A stretch of 64,000 nucleotides of DNA. It comes from Anaerolineales bacterium. GTDB lineage: Bacteria; Chloroflexota; Anaerolineae; Anaerolineales; Villigracilaceae. Below are positions 8,693 to 18,430 of this stretch, piece after piece. Location: NCBI GenBank assembly GCA_049578465.1, contig JBAUMB010000055.1, positions 18,085 to 82,084 of the forward strand, read 5' to 3'. How positions within the stretch are numbered: the first letter of the stretch is position 1; every line of letters begins with the position of its first letter. The notes beneath the pieces are model-generated. The model worked only from the letters and a program-made list of their open reading frames with translations, was not told where the DNA came from and ran no database searches. The position numbers and the translations under genes were made by a program.

Positions 8693-10303
8693 ATGCAAAC
8701 CCAAAAACTCTTTCTTAAAGATTTTCTTTTCATCCTGCCTGTCTCTTTGATTCTCGGCGCGGGGCTGGCATCCATCCAAAATGGCGCGTGGTGGATCGGC
8801 TGGCTGGGTTTTTCCGCGCTCTTCATCGTTGGGTTGATCGCGCTGGTCATTGCATGGCGTTGGGGCGAGGGCGGCAAGACTCTCGCATGGATGATCGGGC
8901 TTGCACTTCTGCTTCGGCTGGCGGCGGGCGTCGCAGTTTATATTGCCTTGCCCATCAACGGTCATAATTCTGCGGACGATAAAGCCGGTTATGTCTTCAC
9001 CGACGCGCATCGCCGCGACGATCAAGCCTGGGGACTCGCCAGTTCAGATAAGCCATTGTGGTCGGCGTTCGATCAAAGCTATTACACCGATCAGTACGGT
9101 GGATTGCTTGCCTTCAGCGCGATTACGTATCGAGTTCTTTCGCCGGATGCACATCGTCCGTTGTTGATTCTTCTGCTCGCGGCTTTGACCGCTGCACTCG
9201 GCGTTCCCTTTCTTTATAAAGCCACGCGTCTGCTCTGGGATGATAAGCTGGCAACCGTTACCTGTTGGCTTTTTGTTCTCTATCCCGAATCGATTCTTAC
9301 TGGCGGCGCGCAAATGCGTGAGCCGTTTCTTTTAACATTTATTGCGATGTCATTATGGGGCTTTGCCGATTGGTTGAAACAAGGACAAAGCGTTGCCCTG
9401 AGCCTGTTGAAGGGTCACGGTTGGATTTGGATGGCGATTGGCTTCGTCGGGATGTTGATGGTTTCACCGGCAATTGCATTGGCAACTTTGGTGATCTTTG
9501 CCGTTTGGGTTTATTTGCGCGGCGATCATAAACGAATCCCATGGCAAGCATTGGTTGTGCTCTCTGTGATTTTTATTCTCGGTCTACTCGTTCTTTTATG
9601 GGAATTGAATCGTACTCACGATTTCGGCTCTTCATCTCCGGTTGGTATGGTCTTGGATTGGGTCCGCAACGCTGTGAAATACAATATATATCGCCTCGAA
9701 CGCGGCTCGGGTTGGATTCAATCGTTATTCAGAAAAATGAGCACCAGCGGACAATTATTGTTTGCAATCATTTATGGCTTCTTGCAACCGGTTCTGCCCG
9801 CCGCATTCATCGAGCCGACCACGTTGACTTGGAAGATCATTGCCATTCTGCGCGCAATGGGATGGTATGCGATTTTACCGTTGATGATTTACAGTTTGAT
9901 TGCAGCTTGGCGCACACCGCCTGGATCGGAACGCCGTGTGTGGCTTTGGATTTCCGCCGTCTCATGGGTGTGGATTTTGATCTGCTCTATTAAAGCCGGT
10001 GGCGATCAATGGGACAATCCGCGTTATCGGTTGATTCTTTTCGCTTTCGAAGCATTGACCGCCGGTTATGCCTGGACGTGGTGGCGCGCGCATCGTGATG
10101 CCTGGTTGCCGCGCATTACGCTAGTCGAGGTGTTGGCAGTGTTGATCTTCCTGGAATGGTATATCAGCCGTTATTATCATTGGGGCGGACAAATGCCGTT
10201 CTTCTTGATGATCGGCTTGATCGTACTGGTCAGTGTTGTGATTATCGGCGGGGGCTGGCTTTGGGATCGACGTGCCGCTTCAAAGTCCCGCTTGACACGC
10301 TAA
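8693..10303 (+). CDS. polytopic membrane protein, GT-C-like (function unknown)
   Basis: 536 aa with more than 10 hydrophobic segments. Acidic loop motif FTDAHRRDDQAW follows the first TM block. No confident family. Confidence 0.5.
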   Translation: MQTQKLFLKDFLFILPVSLILGAGLASIQNGAWWIGWLGFSALFIVGLIALVIAWRWGEGGKTLAWMIGLALLLRLAAGVAVYIALPINGHNSADDKAGYVFTDAHRRDDQAWGLASSDKPLWSAFDQSYYTDQYGGLLAFSAITYRVLSPDAHRPLLILLLAALTAALGVPFLYKATRLLWDDKLATVTCWLFVLYPESILTGGAQMREPFLLTFIAMSLWGFADWLKQGQSVALSLLKGHGWIWMAIGFVGMLMVSPAIALATLVIFAVWVYLRGDHKRIPWQALVVLSVIFILGLLVLLWELNRTHDFGSSSPVGMVLDWVRNAVKYNIYRLERGSGWIQSLFRKMSTSGQLLFAIIYGFLQPVLPAAFIEPTTLTWKIIAILRAMGWYAILPLMIYSLIAAWRTPPGSERRVWLWISAVSWVWILICSIKAGGDQWDNPRYRLILFAFEALTAGYAWTWWRAHRDAWLPRITLVEVLAVLIFLEWYISRYYHWGGQMPFFLMIGLIVLVSVVIIGGGWLWDRRAASKSRLTR

Positions 10304-10319
10304 CCACAGGGTTTATAAT
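10292..10319 (+). promoter_or_regulatory. consensus sigma-70-type promoter for gmd: TTGACA-N16-TATAAT
   Basis: TTGACA at 10292-10297 (inside the last codons of the upstream gene), 16-nt spacer, TATAAT at 10314-10319. RBS GAAGAGGAG and ATG 10359 lie downstream. Confidence 0.6.
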
Positions 10320-10333
10320 TCAACAGTTGAATT
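10317..10333. promoter_or_regulatory. perfect 17-bp palindrome AATTCAACAGTTGAATT overlapping the gmd -10 box (candidate operator)
   Basis: 8+1+8 perfect inverted repeat checked base by base. Shares TATAATTCA...TGAATTTTGA with the site at 34228-34252. Confidence 0.55.
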
Positions 10334-10358
10334 TTGAGTTGGTTTGAAGAGGAGTTAA

Positions 10359-11324
<966 letters not shown>

Positions 11325-11400
11325 GTTGTTAAAATTTTTTATGAATTCAAGCGCAGCCTGCCGACGATAGTTCTGGATCCATTCTCGGAGTTTTATCGAA

Positions 11401-13782
11401 ATGAGTTTTTTTCCATCATGGCGAATTCCAAGTATAAGAAATAATCGGATTTATATTTCTTTGCTGCTGGGAATAGCCTTCGGGATAGTTTTTGGGCTTT
11501 CTGTCTACAGTTATTGGCTCATAGATATTATTTCCTCTACTAGCAAGCGCACGATTTTATATACAATATTAATCGCCCTTGGAGGGGCAGCCGGTTATTT
11601 CTTTATTCTGGATTTATGGGTGATACCGCGATTGCTTGAAATGCAGAGGTCGCCGCGTTGGAAATTAATAGGATGCAGTATTTTAACGGCGGTTCTTTTG
11701 ATGTTCGCCGGCACAAGCGCCTGGCGATCGTCGTCAAGATATATAACTTTTTTCCTGCCGACACAATCCTTGAAAATCACCGTATCCTCGCCGAAGGATA
11801 TTTCGAATTCAGGCGTAAACATCTGGGGAGTTGAAACATCGATTGGGAATGTCCCTTACAATGCGATGAATTATCAAGGCTGGAAGAGAAATGAATATCA
11901 GCTTGATCTGATAGATTCATCGAAGAACAGTTTGGAATGGACAGGAGTGACAGGCGGACAGGCTCAGATCTTTTTGAATGTGCCTTCCCAGACGGGTTGG
12001 GTCATTTTCTCATGGAATGGAAACAGCCAAACGATTAATTTTTCCTCAGCAATTAACGGAAAACTTTCTTACACGGAGCACTTTATCGTTCCGTTTTATG
12101 CTTCTCGAGCTATGGTGCTTTTGTTGGTTTTTCTTAACTTTATTGTGGTATGTTGTGCGATCAATCTTTTGATTTGGGAAAAAAGAATTGCAATTCAGAA
12201 TTATCTTCACCGATCGACATTAACATTATCTTATAGAACCAGTTACGAATCAGCCGAGACGAATCATGCAAAAGAGGGCAAGCCGATTGCATTTCTGGGC
12301 TGGATCGCCGCTATGGGCATAGTCGTTATAGCCTTTCTGCTCCGCGCTTTTAATTTGGAGAGTCTTCCCCCTTACACAGACGAATATGCTCATTTGATTG
12401 CCGCAAAAGCTATTGTGCTTGGTGCTCCTTTAAACGCCGTATATCAACGGAGTTTGTATATGGTTACTTTGCCGGTCGCCTTTTTCTTTCGGGTCTTTGG
12501 CGTTGAATTATGGACCGCCCGCTTGACCGGCGTATTGTTTAACGTATTAGCTATTATCCCCTTGTATTTGATTACAAAAAAGATTAATCGGCAGGTGGCC
12601 ATTTTATCCTGCATACTGTACGCAACGAGTCCTTGGATTATTGCTGTCTCTAGAAATGTGAGGGAGTATGCATATTATCCCTTCTACTTTTACTGGATCA
12701 TTTATGGCATGGTCTTATTTATCGAGCGGTTTCCAGATCACTTTGTTCTTGGGAATTTTAAAAAAACGTTCGACCCTAAAACTGCTTTTCTTGGAATAGC
12801 TCTCGCTCTTCCCCCGATCTATAGCATTATTGTCGATCCCGATTCCACTTTCAAAGTAATACTAATTGCCTATATCGTAGGGGGCCTGTTTTTGTTAGCG
12901 AAGTTTGATTTAAAAAGTAAAATCAATTTATGGTTCTTGGCTGTTTTAGGGATCGGACTTATTGTCGGCGGGGAAGTGTATCTAACGAGTCAGCAGGGCA
13001 GCGTTGCTCTTTATCCGGTTTTCAACAGCGATCCATTGCGTTTTTTTTTCTTCAATCCTGAGCAACAATGGTATTTCAATAGGCTGACGATTATCCCTGC
13101 CCTTTTGTCTATCGGCGCAATCGTCATAAGTCTGCTTTCTTATCAGTCGAACTTCATCCCTTCGTTTCTGATTTCACTTTATTTTGCCGGTCTATCTTTC
13201 TTTGTCTTTTTTTTCCGGCGGACGATTCATCCTCGCTATATATTCAATCTGCAATTTTGGTATATTCTCCCTATTGCTATCGGCTTATATTCCATATGGG
13301 CTTTGTTACAGGCAGTTCTACCCCGAATCGGCGTTATCAAATTGCTTGTCACATTCATCGCGGCGGTTTTATTTTTTAATGCCGTTCAGGTATTGCTGCC
13401 CACATTTTATAATCGATATGGTTATATGCCGATTACAGGAGAATATCATGATGAAGTGAGACCGGTTTATTCGTTCATGCTCGACAAAGTTGAGAAAAGC
13501 GATGTATTGATTTCAACTATTTATGGTAGTTATGTGCGTTGGATCGGCATGCCAAAATTTGAGACGCTTTACTCCTATGAGCCCGAAAAATCTCAGAAAT
13601 ACGTTTATTCAATTATTAAACAAAATAAGACGGGTTGGATTGTCTTGGATACTCGCCGGAGCTCGCCCGGAAGACCTTTGCCCCGCGAAACGATTTCTAT
13701 AGAAGGTAAAGAGGTGGAGTATATTGGTGAATTTGCAGATCAATACCTTTGGATGTGGAAAACGGAAAATACCTCCCCATGA
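11401..13782 (+). CDS. GT39/ArnT-like (PMT_2-type) polyprenyl-phosphate-sugar-dependent glycosyltransferase with an extra N-terminal module
   Basis: 793 aa. The central part has LRAFNLESLPPYTDEYAHLIAAKA (acidic DE motif after a TM) followed by many TMs. The first 270 aa or so are TM segments plus a beta-rich soluble insert. Confidence 0.7.
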   Translation: MSFFPSWRIPSIRNNRIYISLLLGIAFGIVFGLSVYSYWLIDIISSTSKRTILYTILIALGGAAGYFFILDLWVIPRLLEMQRSPRWKLIGCSILTAVLLMFAGTSAWRSSSRYITFFLPTQSLKITVSSPKDISNSGVNIWGVETSIGNVPYNAMNYQGWKRNEYQLDLIDSSKNSLEWTGVTGGQAQIFLNVPSQTGWVIFSWNGNSQTINFSSAINGKLSYTEHFIVPFYASRAMVLLLVFLNFIVVCCAINLLIWEKRIAIQNYLHRSTLTLSYRTSYESAETNHAKEGKPIAFLGWIAAMGIVVIAFLLRAFNLESLPPYTDEYAHLIAAKAIVLGAPLNAVYQRSLYMVTLPVAFFFRVFGVELWTARLTGVLFNVLAIIPLYLITKKINRQVAILSCILYATSPWIIAVSRNVREYAYYPFYFYWIIYGMVLFIERFPDHFVLGNFKKTFDPKTAFLGIALALPPIYSIIVDPDSTFKVILIAYIVGGLFLLAKFDLKSKINLWFLAVLGIGLIVGGEVYLTSQQGSVALYPVFNSDPLRFFFFNPEQQWYFNRLTIIPALLSIGAIVISLLSYQSNFIPSFLISLYFAGLSFFVFFFRRTIHPRYIFNLQFWYILPIAIGLYSIWALLQAVLPRIGVIKLLVTFIAAVLFFNAVQVLLPTFYNRYGYMPITGEYHDEVRPVYSFMLDKVEKSDVLISTIYGSYVRWIGMPKFETLYSYEPEKSQKYVYSIIKQNKTGWIVLDTRRSSPGRPLPRETISIEGKEVEYIGEFADQYLWMWKTENTSP

Positions 13783-13857
13783 TGATATGATTGCTTAACT
13801 CTTGGCTCACTGATCGATAAATTGCAATCACAATTAACTAGCGAAAGAAATATATAA

Positions 13858-14814
13858 ATGACCATCTCCCTAATTATTCCTGTTTATAACGAAGAAGAAA
13901 ATCTATCCGTTCTCTTCGACGCGGTCATCAAGGCTATGACGCCGTTGAAAAAACCGTGGGAGGTGATCTTTGTCAATGACGGGAGCACAGACGGAAGTCT
14001 CGAAGTGTTGAGGGAATTGGCTAAAAAAGATAAACACGTTCGTGTAATTGTTTTTCGTCGCAACTTTGGACAAACCGCGGCGATCTCAGCCGGTATTGAT
14101 CATGCCAAAGGAGAAGCCATCGTTTTGCTGGATGCCGATCTCCAAAACGATCCCGCCGATATCCCAATGTTATTATCCAAACTCGAAGAGGGCTACGATG
14201 TAGTCAGCGGCTGGCGCAAGGATCGAAAAGACAATGCCATCACGCGCACTCTGCCTTCGATGATGGCGAACGGTTTGATCTCGTGGGTGACCGGCGTCCA
14301 TCTGCATGATTATGGCTGTACGCTTAAAGCATATCGCCGCGAAGTATTGGACGAATTTCGGTTGTATGGCGAGACCCATCGTTTCATCCCCGTCTTTGCT
14401 CATTCGGTGGGGGCACGCATCGTAGAACTACCAGTTCATCATCATCCGCGCCTTCATGGAAAAGCAAAATATGGTTTGGAGCGGACCATGAAGGTGGTGC
14501 TCGATCTGTTCACTGTTAAATTCCTGCTGAGCTATGGAAACAAACCGATCCGCTTGTTTGGCGGCACCGGAATGGTATTGATGTTTGCAAGTTTTGTGAC
14601 CCTTATATATCTCTTTGTCCGTAAAATCATCGAAAGCACTTCCGTGACCGCCTCGCCACTTTTGCCGCTGGCCATCATGTTTTTGATCCTCGGGTTTCAA
14701 TCCATTCTCATGGGATTGATCGCAGAACTTCTGGTGCGCACCTATCATGAGTCTCAGCGCAAACCCACTTACACGGTAAGAGAAATTATTGAAGGTAGAA
14801 AGGAACGCAAATGA
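13858..14814 (+). CDS. GT2 polyprenyl-phosphate glycosyltransferase (GtrB/ArnC/DPM1-like)
   Basis: ISLIIPVYNEEENL, FVNDGSTDGS, VLLDADLQNDP, two C-terminal TMs; typical GtrB architecture. Confidence 0.85.
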   Translation: MTISLIIPVYNEEENLSVLFDAVIKAMTPLKKPWEVIFVNDGSTDGSLEVLRELAKKDKHVRVIVFRRNFGQTAAISAGIDHAKGEAIVLLDADLQNDPADIPMLLSKLEEGYDVVSGWRKDRKDNAITRTLPSMMANGLISWVTGVHLHDYGCTLKAYRREVLDEFRLYGETHRFIPVFAHSVGARIVELPVHHHPRLHGKAKYGLERTMKVVLDLFTVKFLLSYGNKPIRLFGGTGMVLMFASFVTLIYLFVRKIIESTSVTASPLLPLAIMFLILGFQSILMGLIAELLVRTYHESQRKPTYTVREIIEGRKERK

Positions 14815-15734
14815 CAGATTGGCTTTCAGACAATCGCCGCTTCCTTCTTCGGTTTGTGGGAACCTTGCTCGCCATCGGCTTGATCGTTTTCCTCTTTCGA
14901 GGTCAGGGCTGGGACGAGATCGTCACGGCGTTTAAACAAATTTCGTTTTCGCAAATTCTGCTTGCGTTCGTGTTGATTCTGCTTTCACGCTTTTGTGTCG
15001 TCCTGCGCTGGTACATTTTGCTGCGTGCCGGAAATGTCAAGATTTCCTTTTCCGATGCGCTCGCGCTGACCTTTACAGGCTTGTTCTCTTCAAACTTTTT
15101 GCCAACGACGATTGGCGGCGACGTGGTTCGATTGGCTGGTGCGATGCAGATGGGATACGACCGTGCTGTCAGCCTCGCTTCCTTGGTCGCGGACCGATTG
15201 ATTGGTGCCCTTGCAATGATCTTCACCGTACCTTTTGGCTTGATCCCGGCATGGCATATCCTGGCGTCAGCGTCTTCCGCATCAGCGATGGCTGTACCAG
15301 CTATCTTTCAAAAGACATGGGATTTCATCAAACGGACCTTGCAGACGTTTTCGATTTGGTTTAAGAATCCGCTGGCTTTATTCGCGGCGCTCGCTTGCAC
15401 GTGGGGACATGTGCTCTGCACCTGCCTGGCTCTTGCTGTTTTGATTTCTGCGCTAGGCGAACACATGTCTTTTTGGCTCATCGTCGGCTTATGGAGCATC
15501 TCTTATTTTGTTACGCTCATTCCGATTTCCATCAATGGATATGGCGTGCAGGAACTCTCATTAACCTTTTTGTTTTCCAGGGTAGGCGGAATTAGCCCAG
15601 CCGCGGGTCTGACATTGGCTGTTATGATCCGTGTTTTCTACATGGTAGCCAGTTTGCCGGGAGCAGTGTATCTGCCTGCCATTCTGTCTGCCATGGATCT
15701 TGATCGCGAACCCGAATCTAAAAACGAATTATGA
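14811..15734 (+). CDS. UPF0104 / lysyl-PG-synthase-TM-region family 'flippase-like' membrane protein
   Basis: 307 aa, about 8 TMs, FLPTTIGGDVVR motif typical of this family, ATGA overlap with the GT2 gene. Confidence 0.7.
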   Translation: MTDWLSDNRRFLLRFVGTLLAIGLIVFLFRGQGWDEIVTAFKQISFSQILLAFVLILLSRFCVVLRWYILLRAGNVKISFSDALALTFTGLFSSNFLPTTIGGDVVRLAGAMQMGYDRAVSLASLVADRLIGALAMIFTVPFGLIPAWHILASASSASAMAVPAIFQKTWDFIKRTLQTFSIWFKNPLALFAALACTWGHVLCTCLALAVLISALGEHMSFWLIVGLWSISYFVTLIPISINGYGVQELSLTFLFSRVGGISPAAGLTLAVMIRVFYMVASLPGAVYLPAILSAMDLDREPESKNEL

Positions 15735-17698
15735 AACCGATCTCATCGAAGACATTTTGGCAGACCTATCTTGGCTTCGGATTTTTTATCGGCCTCTTTG
15801 CGCTGTATCAGACTTTCACTCATGTTGCTACAATGGATGTGTCCATCTGGCATTCCAAATGGACGATTTTGCTTCTTGGATTCATCGTCACAATTGTTGG
15901 AAGCGCATTATTAAATTATGGTTTGCAAGCCGGTAGAGCAGAGAAATTCTTTGAGCGGCTTGAAAATATAAAGCTGAATAGTGCGTGGCGCTGGCTAATA
16001 TTCCTTCCCTTAATTGCGGTTGCTTTCGTGCCTCCTTTTGTTAAGCTATTTATTTTCGGCAAAACTCTGCCTGAGTTTTTTCCATTGCTGTGGGTTTTCT
16101 GGTGGATATGTTTGTTGCAAATGGCTTCATGGAAACTGGCAACAAGGAATTCGTGGGCGGCGTCTTTTGCATCGGTTGTTTTGATTCAAGTTGTTGCCTA
16201 TCAAGTTTATGCAAATCTACAGGTTATCACCACGGATCCGTTTTCCATTGATTATTCCGAGACCAGCCGCTTTTATTATGGTTCCTTGTGGTTAAGTCAA
16301 TCTCTCTATGGAATGAAAGCGCCGCTTTCTCCGTGGCACGCCACGCGATATATTCTGATGGCGATTCCGTTTTTGATTCGCGGACTTCCGCTCTGGGCGC
16401 ATCGACTCTGGCAAGCGCTTTTTTTATGGATAGGAATCACCAGCCTTTCATCATGGCTTCTTGTGCGTCGTTTGCATCTCGGTAATAAAGCATTGGCATG
16501 GTTAGTTGCATGTTGGAGCTTTGTCTATCTTTTGCAAGGTCCCGTTTATTATTATTTGCAAGTTTGTGTCATCATTATCCTGTGGGGCGTAGAAATAAAA
16601 CATCCTTGGCGATCATTGATCGCGGTGTTGGTCGCCTCGTTTTGGGCCGGGATGAGCGGCGTGAATTGGTATCCGGTTCCGGCGGCGTTGGCTGCGGCTT
16701 TAGTTCTGCTTGAACAACCGGTTTCTGAATCAAAAAATATTTGGCAATATTTGGTCAAGCCGTTGATGTGGGGCGTGCTCGGATTGGGCATCGCATTTGC
16801 GGGTCAGGCGTTTTATATTTTTATATCCGGTTATAAAGACCTCAGCCTATTTCATTCCAGTTTGACTTCGGCGCTGTTGTGGAATCGATTGCTTCCGAGC
16901 CCGGCGTTTCCGCTCGGAATTTTGCCGGGGATCATTTTGATTTCGCTTCCATTGTGGCTCGGACTTTGGTTTGCTCTGCGCGGCCGACTTAATCGTTTGC
17001 ATCCGATTCGCATGATCAGCTTGGGTTTGATATTGTTGGTTTTGTTCCTCGGATGTTTGGCGGTCAGCGTCAAGATCGGCGGCGGCGCGGACTTGCATGA
17101 TATGGATTCGTACGAAGTTCTTTTGCAAATCATCGCAGTTTATTTTTGTGCGAATCAAGTCCGTCCCGAATCTGGGAATGCGGAATGGGGAATAATACCT
17201 TGGCCGGTTCTTGTTCTCGTGATCATCATTCCGTTTGTTTTTCCGCTCGACTATGTTGGCAACTGGGTCAAGTATAACAACCGTCGAGCGCAAGCCGATA
17301 TCAAGACTTTGCAAGCCGCTGTCGCCCCAGCCGCGGCGCATGGAGGCGAAGTTCTTTTTATTTCGGAACGCCAATTGATCACGTTCGATTACATTCAAGG
17401 TGTGCCGCTTGTGCCGGATGATGAAATCGTGGAGTTGATGGAAATTGCGATGTCGAATAATCAGCCTGCACTTTCACAATTTTATTCCGATCTTCGTCAA
17501 CATCGTTTTGCATTGATCGTTTCCCGCAAGTTGAACACCAGCATCAAAACCGGCGAGGCGTTTTCCGAGGAGAACAATGCCTGGAGCCAAGACATCGCGG
17601 CTCCCATCCTGTGCGAATATCAACCGGTTCTAAGTTTGCAAAGCAATAACCTTCAGGTTTATGCTCCCAAGACCACTGGGACAGAATCTTGTCCATAA
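15731..17698 (+). CDS. large polytopic membrane protein with a C-terminal soluble domain, GT-C-like; paralogue A1 of 26255..28630
   Basis: 655 aa. Shares DPFSIDYSETSRFYYGSLW, LLWNRLLPSPAFPLGILPG, VKIGGGADLHDMDSY and a tail of about 130 aa (FSEENNAW...CEYQP) with the 791-aa protein. Confidence 0.55.
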   Translation: MKPISSKTFWQTYLGFGFFIGLFALYQTFTHVATMDVSIWHSKWTILLLGFIVTIVGSALLNYGLQAGRAEKFFERLENIKLNSAWRWLIFLPLIAVAFVPPFVKLFIFGKTLPEFFPLLWVFWWICLLQMASWKLATRNSWAASFASVVLIQVVAYQVYANLQVITTDPFSIDYSETSRFYYGSLWLSQSLYGMKAPLSPWHATRYILMAIPFLIRGLPLWAHRLWQALFLWIGITSLSSWLLVRRLHLGNKALAWLVACWSFVYLLQGPVYYYLQVCVIIILWGVEIKHPWRSLIAVLVASFWAGMSGVNWYPVPAALAAALVLLEQPVSESKNIWQYLVKPLMWGVLGLGIAFAGQAFYIFISGYKDLSLFHSSLTSALLWNRLLPSPAFPLGILPGIILISLPLWLGLWFALRGRLNRLHPIRMISLGLILLVLFLGCLAVSVKIGGGADLHDMDSYEVLLQIIAVYFCANQVRPESGNAEWGIIPWPVLVLVIIIPFVFPLDYVGNWVKYNNRRAQADIKTLQAAVAPAAAHGGEVLFISERQLITFDYIQGVPLVPDDEIVELMEIAMSNNQPALSQFYSDLRQHRFALIVSRKLNTSIKTGEAFSEENNAWSQDIAAPILCEYQPVLSLQSNNLQVYAPKTTGTESCP

Positions 17699-17718
17699 TA
17701 TTACTCTAGAGGCCCATA

Positions 17719-18426
17719 GTGAAACGTTCTGGTGAATATGCCGATCGCGGAGATTATCATGTCCATCTGAGAAAAGACTGGCCGTATTTGCCGGTCTATC
17801 TTGAGAAGATGAGACTCGCGCATAAATTTTTGGATGAATGCGGCAAGCGCGCGTCCATCTATGATATGGGTTGCGGCGAGGGCGTGCTGGTCAATGAATA
17901 CCGCGAAAGGGGTTATCAGGTCACCGGCATGGATTTGAATTATTCATCCCAATACATTGTTCAGAGAAGTTTTCTCGAAACGGGTTTAGCCGACGAATCG
18001 GTTGATGTGCTGATGTGCCTCGATGTGCTGGAACACCTTCCGTATTGGGATCAGGAACGCGCGGTCACTGAATTCGCGCGGATTTTAAAGCCGGGCGCCA
18101 AAGCGCTGATCACGGTTCCGAATCTGGCGCATCTCGCCTCACGCATCTCTTTCTTCTTTTCCGGCAAGCTGGTGCGCACCTCTAGCATTGACCGCCATCC
18201 CGGCGACCGTCCCATCATCGAGTATGTGAAGATGTTCGAAAAGCATTTCCACATTCGTTGGCGCAAAGGAATCTTTCCAACTTTTCCGATGCTTTCGGTG
18301 CTGACCGTGATCATGCCGTCTAATGTCATCGGCTTGCACAGACTCTACAATCGTTTGATCGCTTATCCCAATTGGTGTTTCCTCAACGCGTTCTTGTTGG
18401 AAAAACCTGAAGAGCCTCATTCTTAA
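17719..18426 (+). CDS. class I SAM-dependent methyltransferase
   Basis: Motif I IYDMGCGEGVL, acidic post-I GMDLN, LMCLDVLEHLP, LKPGAKALITVPN; GTG start. Confidence 0.8.
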   Translation: MKRSGEYADRGDYHVHLRKDWPYLPVYLEKMRLAHKFLDECGKRASIYDMGCGEGVLVNEYRERGYQVTGMDLNYSSQYIVQRSFLETGLADESVDVLMCLDVLEHLPYWDQERAVTEFARILKPGAKALITVPNLAHLASRISFFFSGKLVRTSSIDRHPGDRPIIEYVKMFEKHFHIRWRKGIFPTFPMLSVLTVIMPSNVIGLHRLYNRLIAYPNWCFLNAFLLEKPEEPHS

Positions 18427-18430
18427 TCCG

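Noticed and set aside
16500-16560. VYYYLQ in the 655-aa membrane protein as the 'YYYxG' signature of the Chlor_Arch_YYY family
   Set aside because: Only the three tyrosines match and the glycine is absent. I cannot verify the rest of that family's profile by eye, so the paralogue pair is left unassigned.
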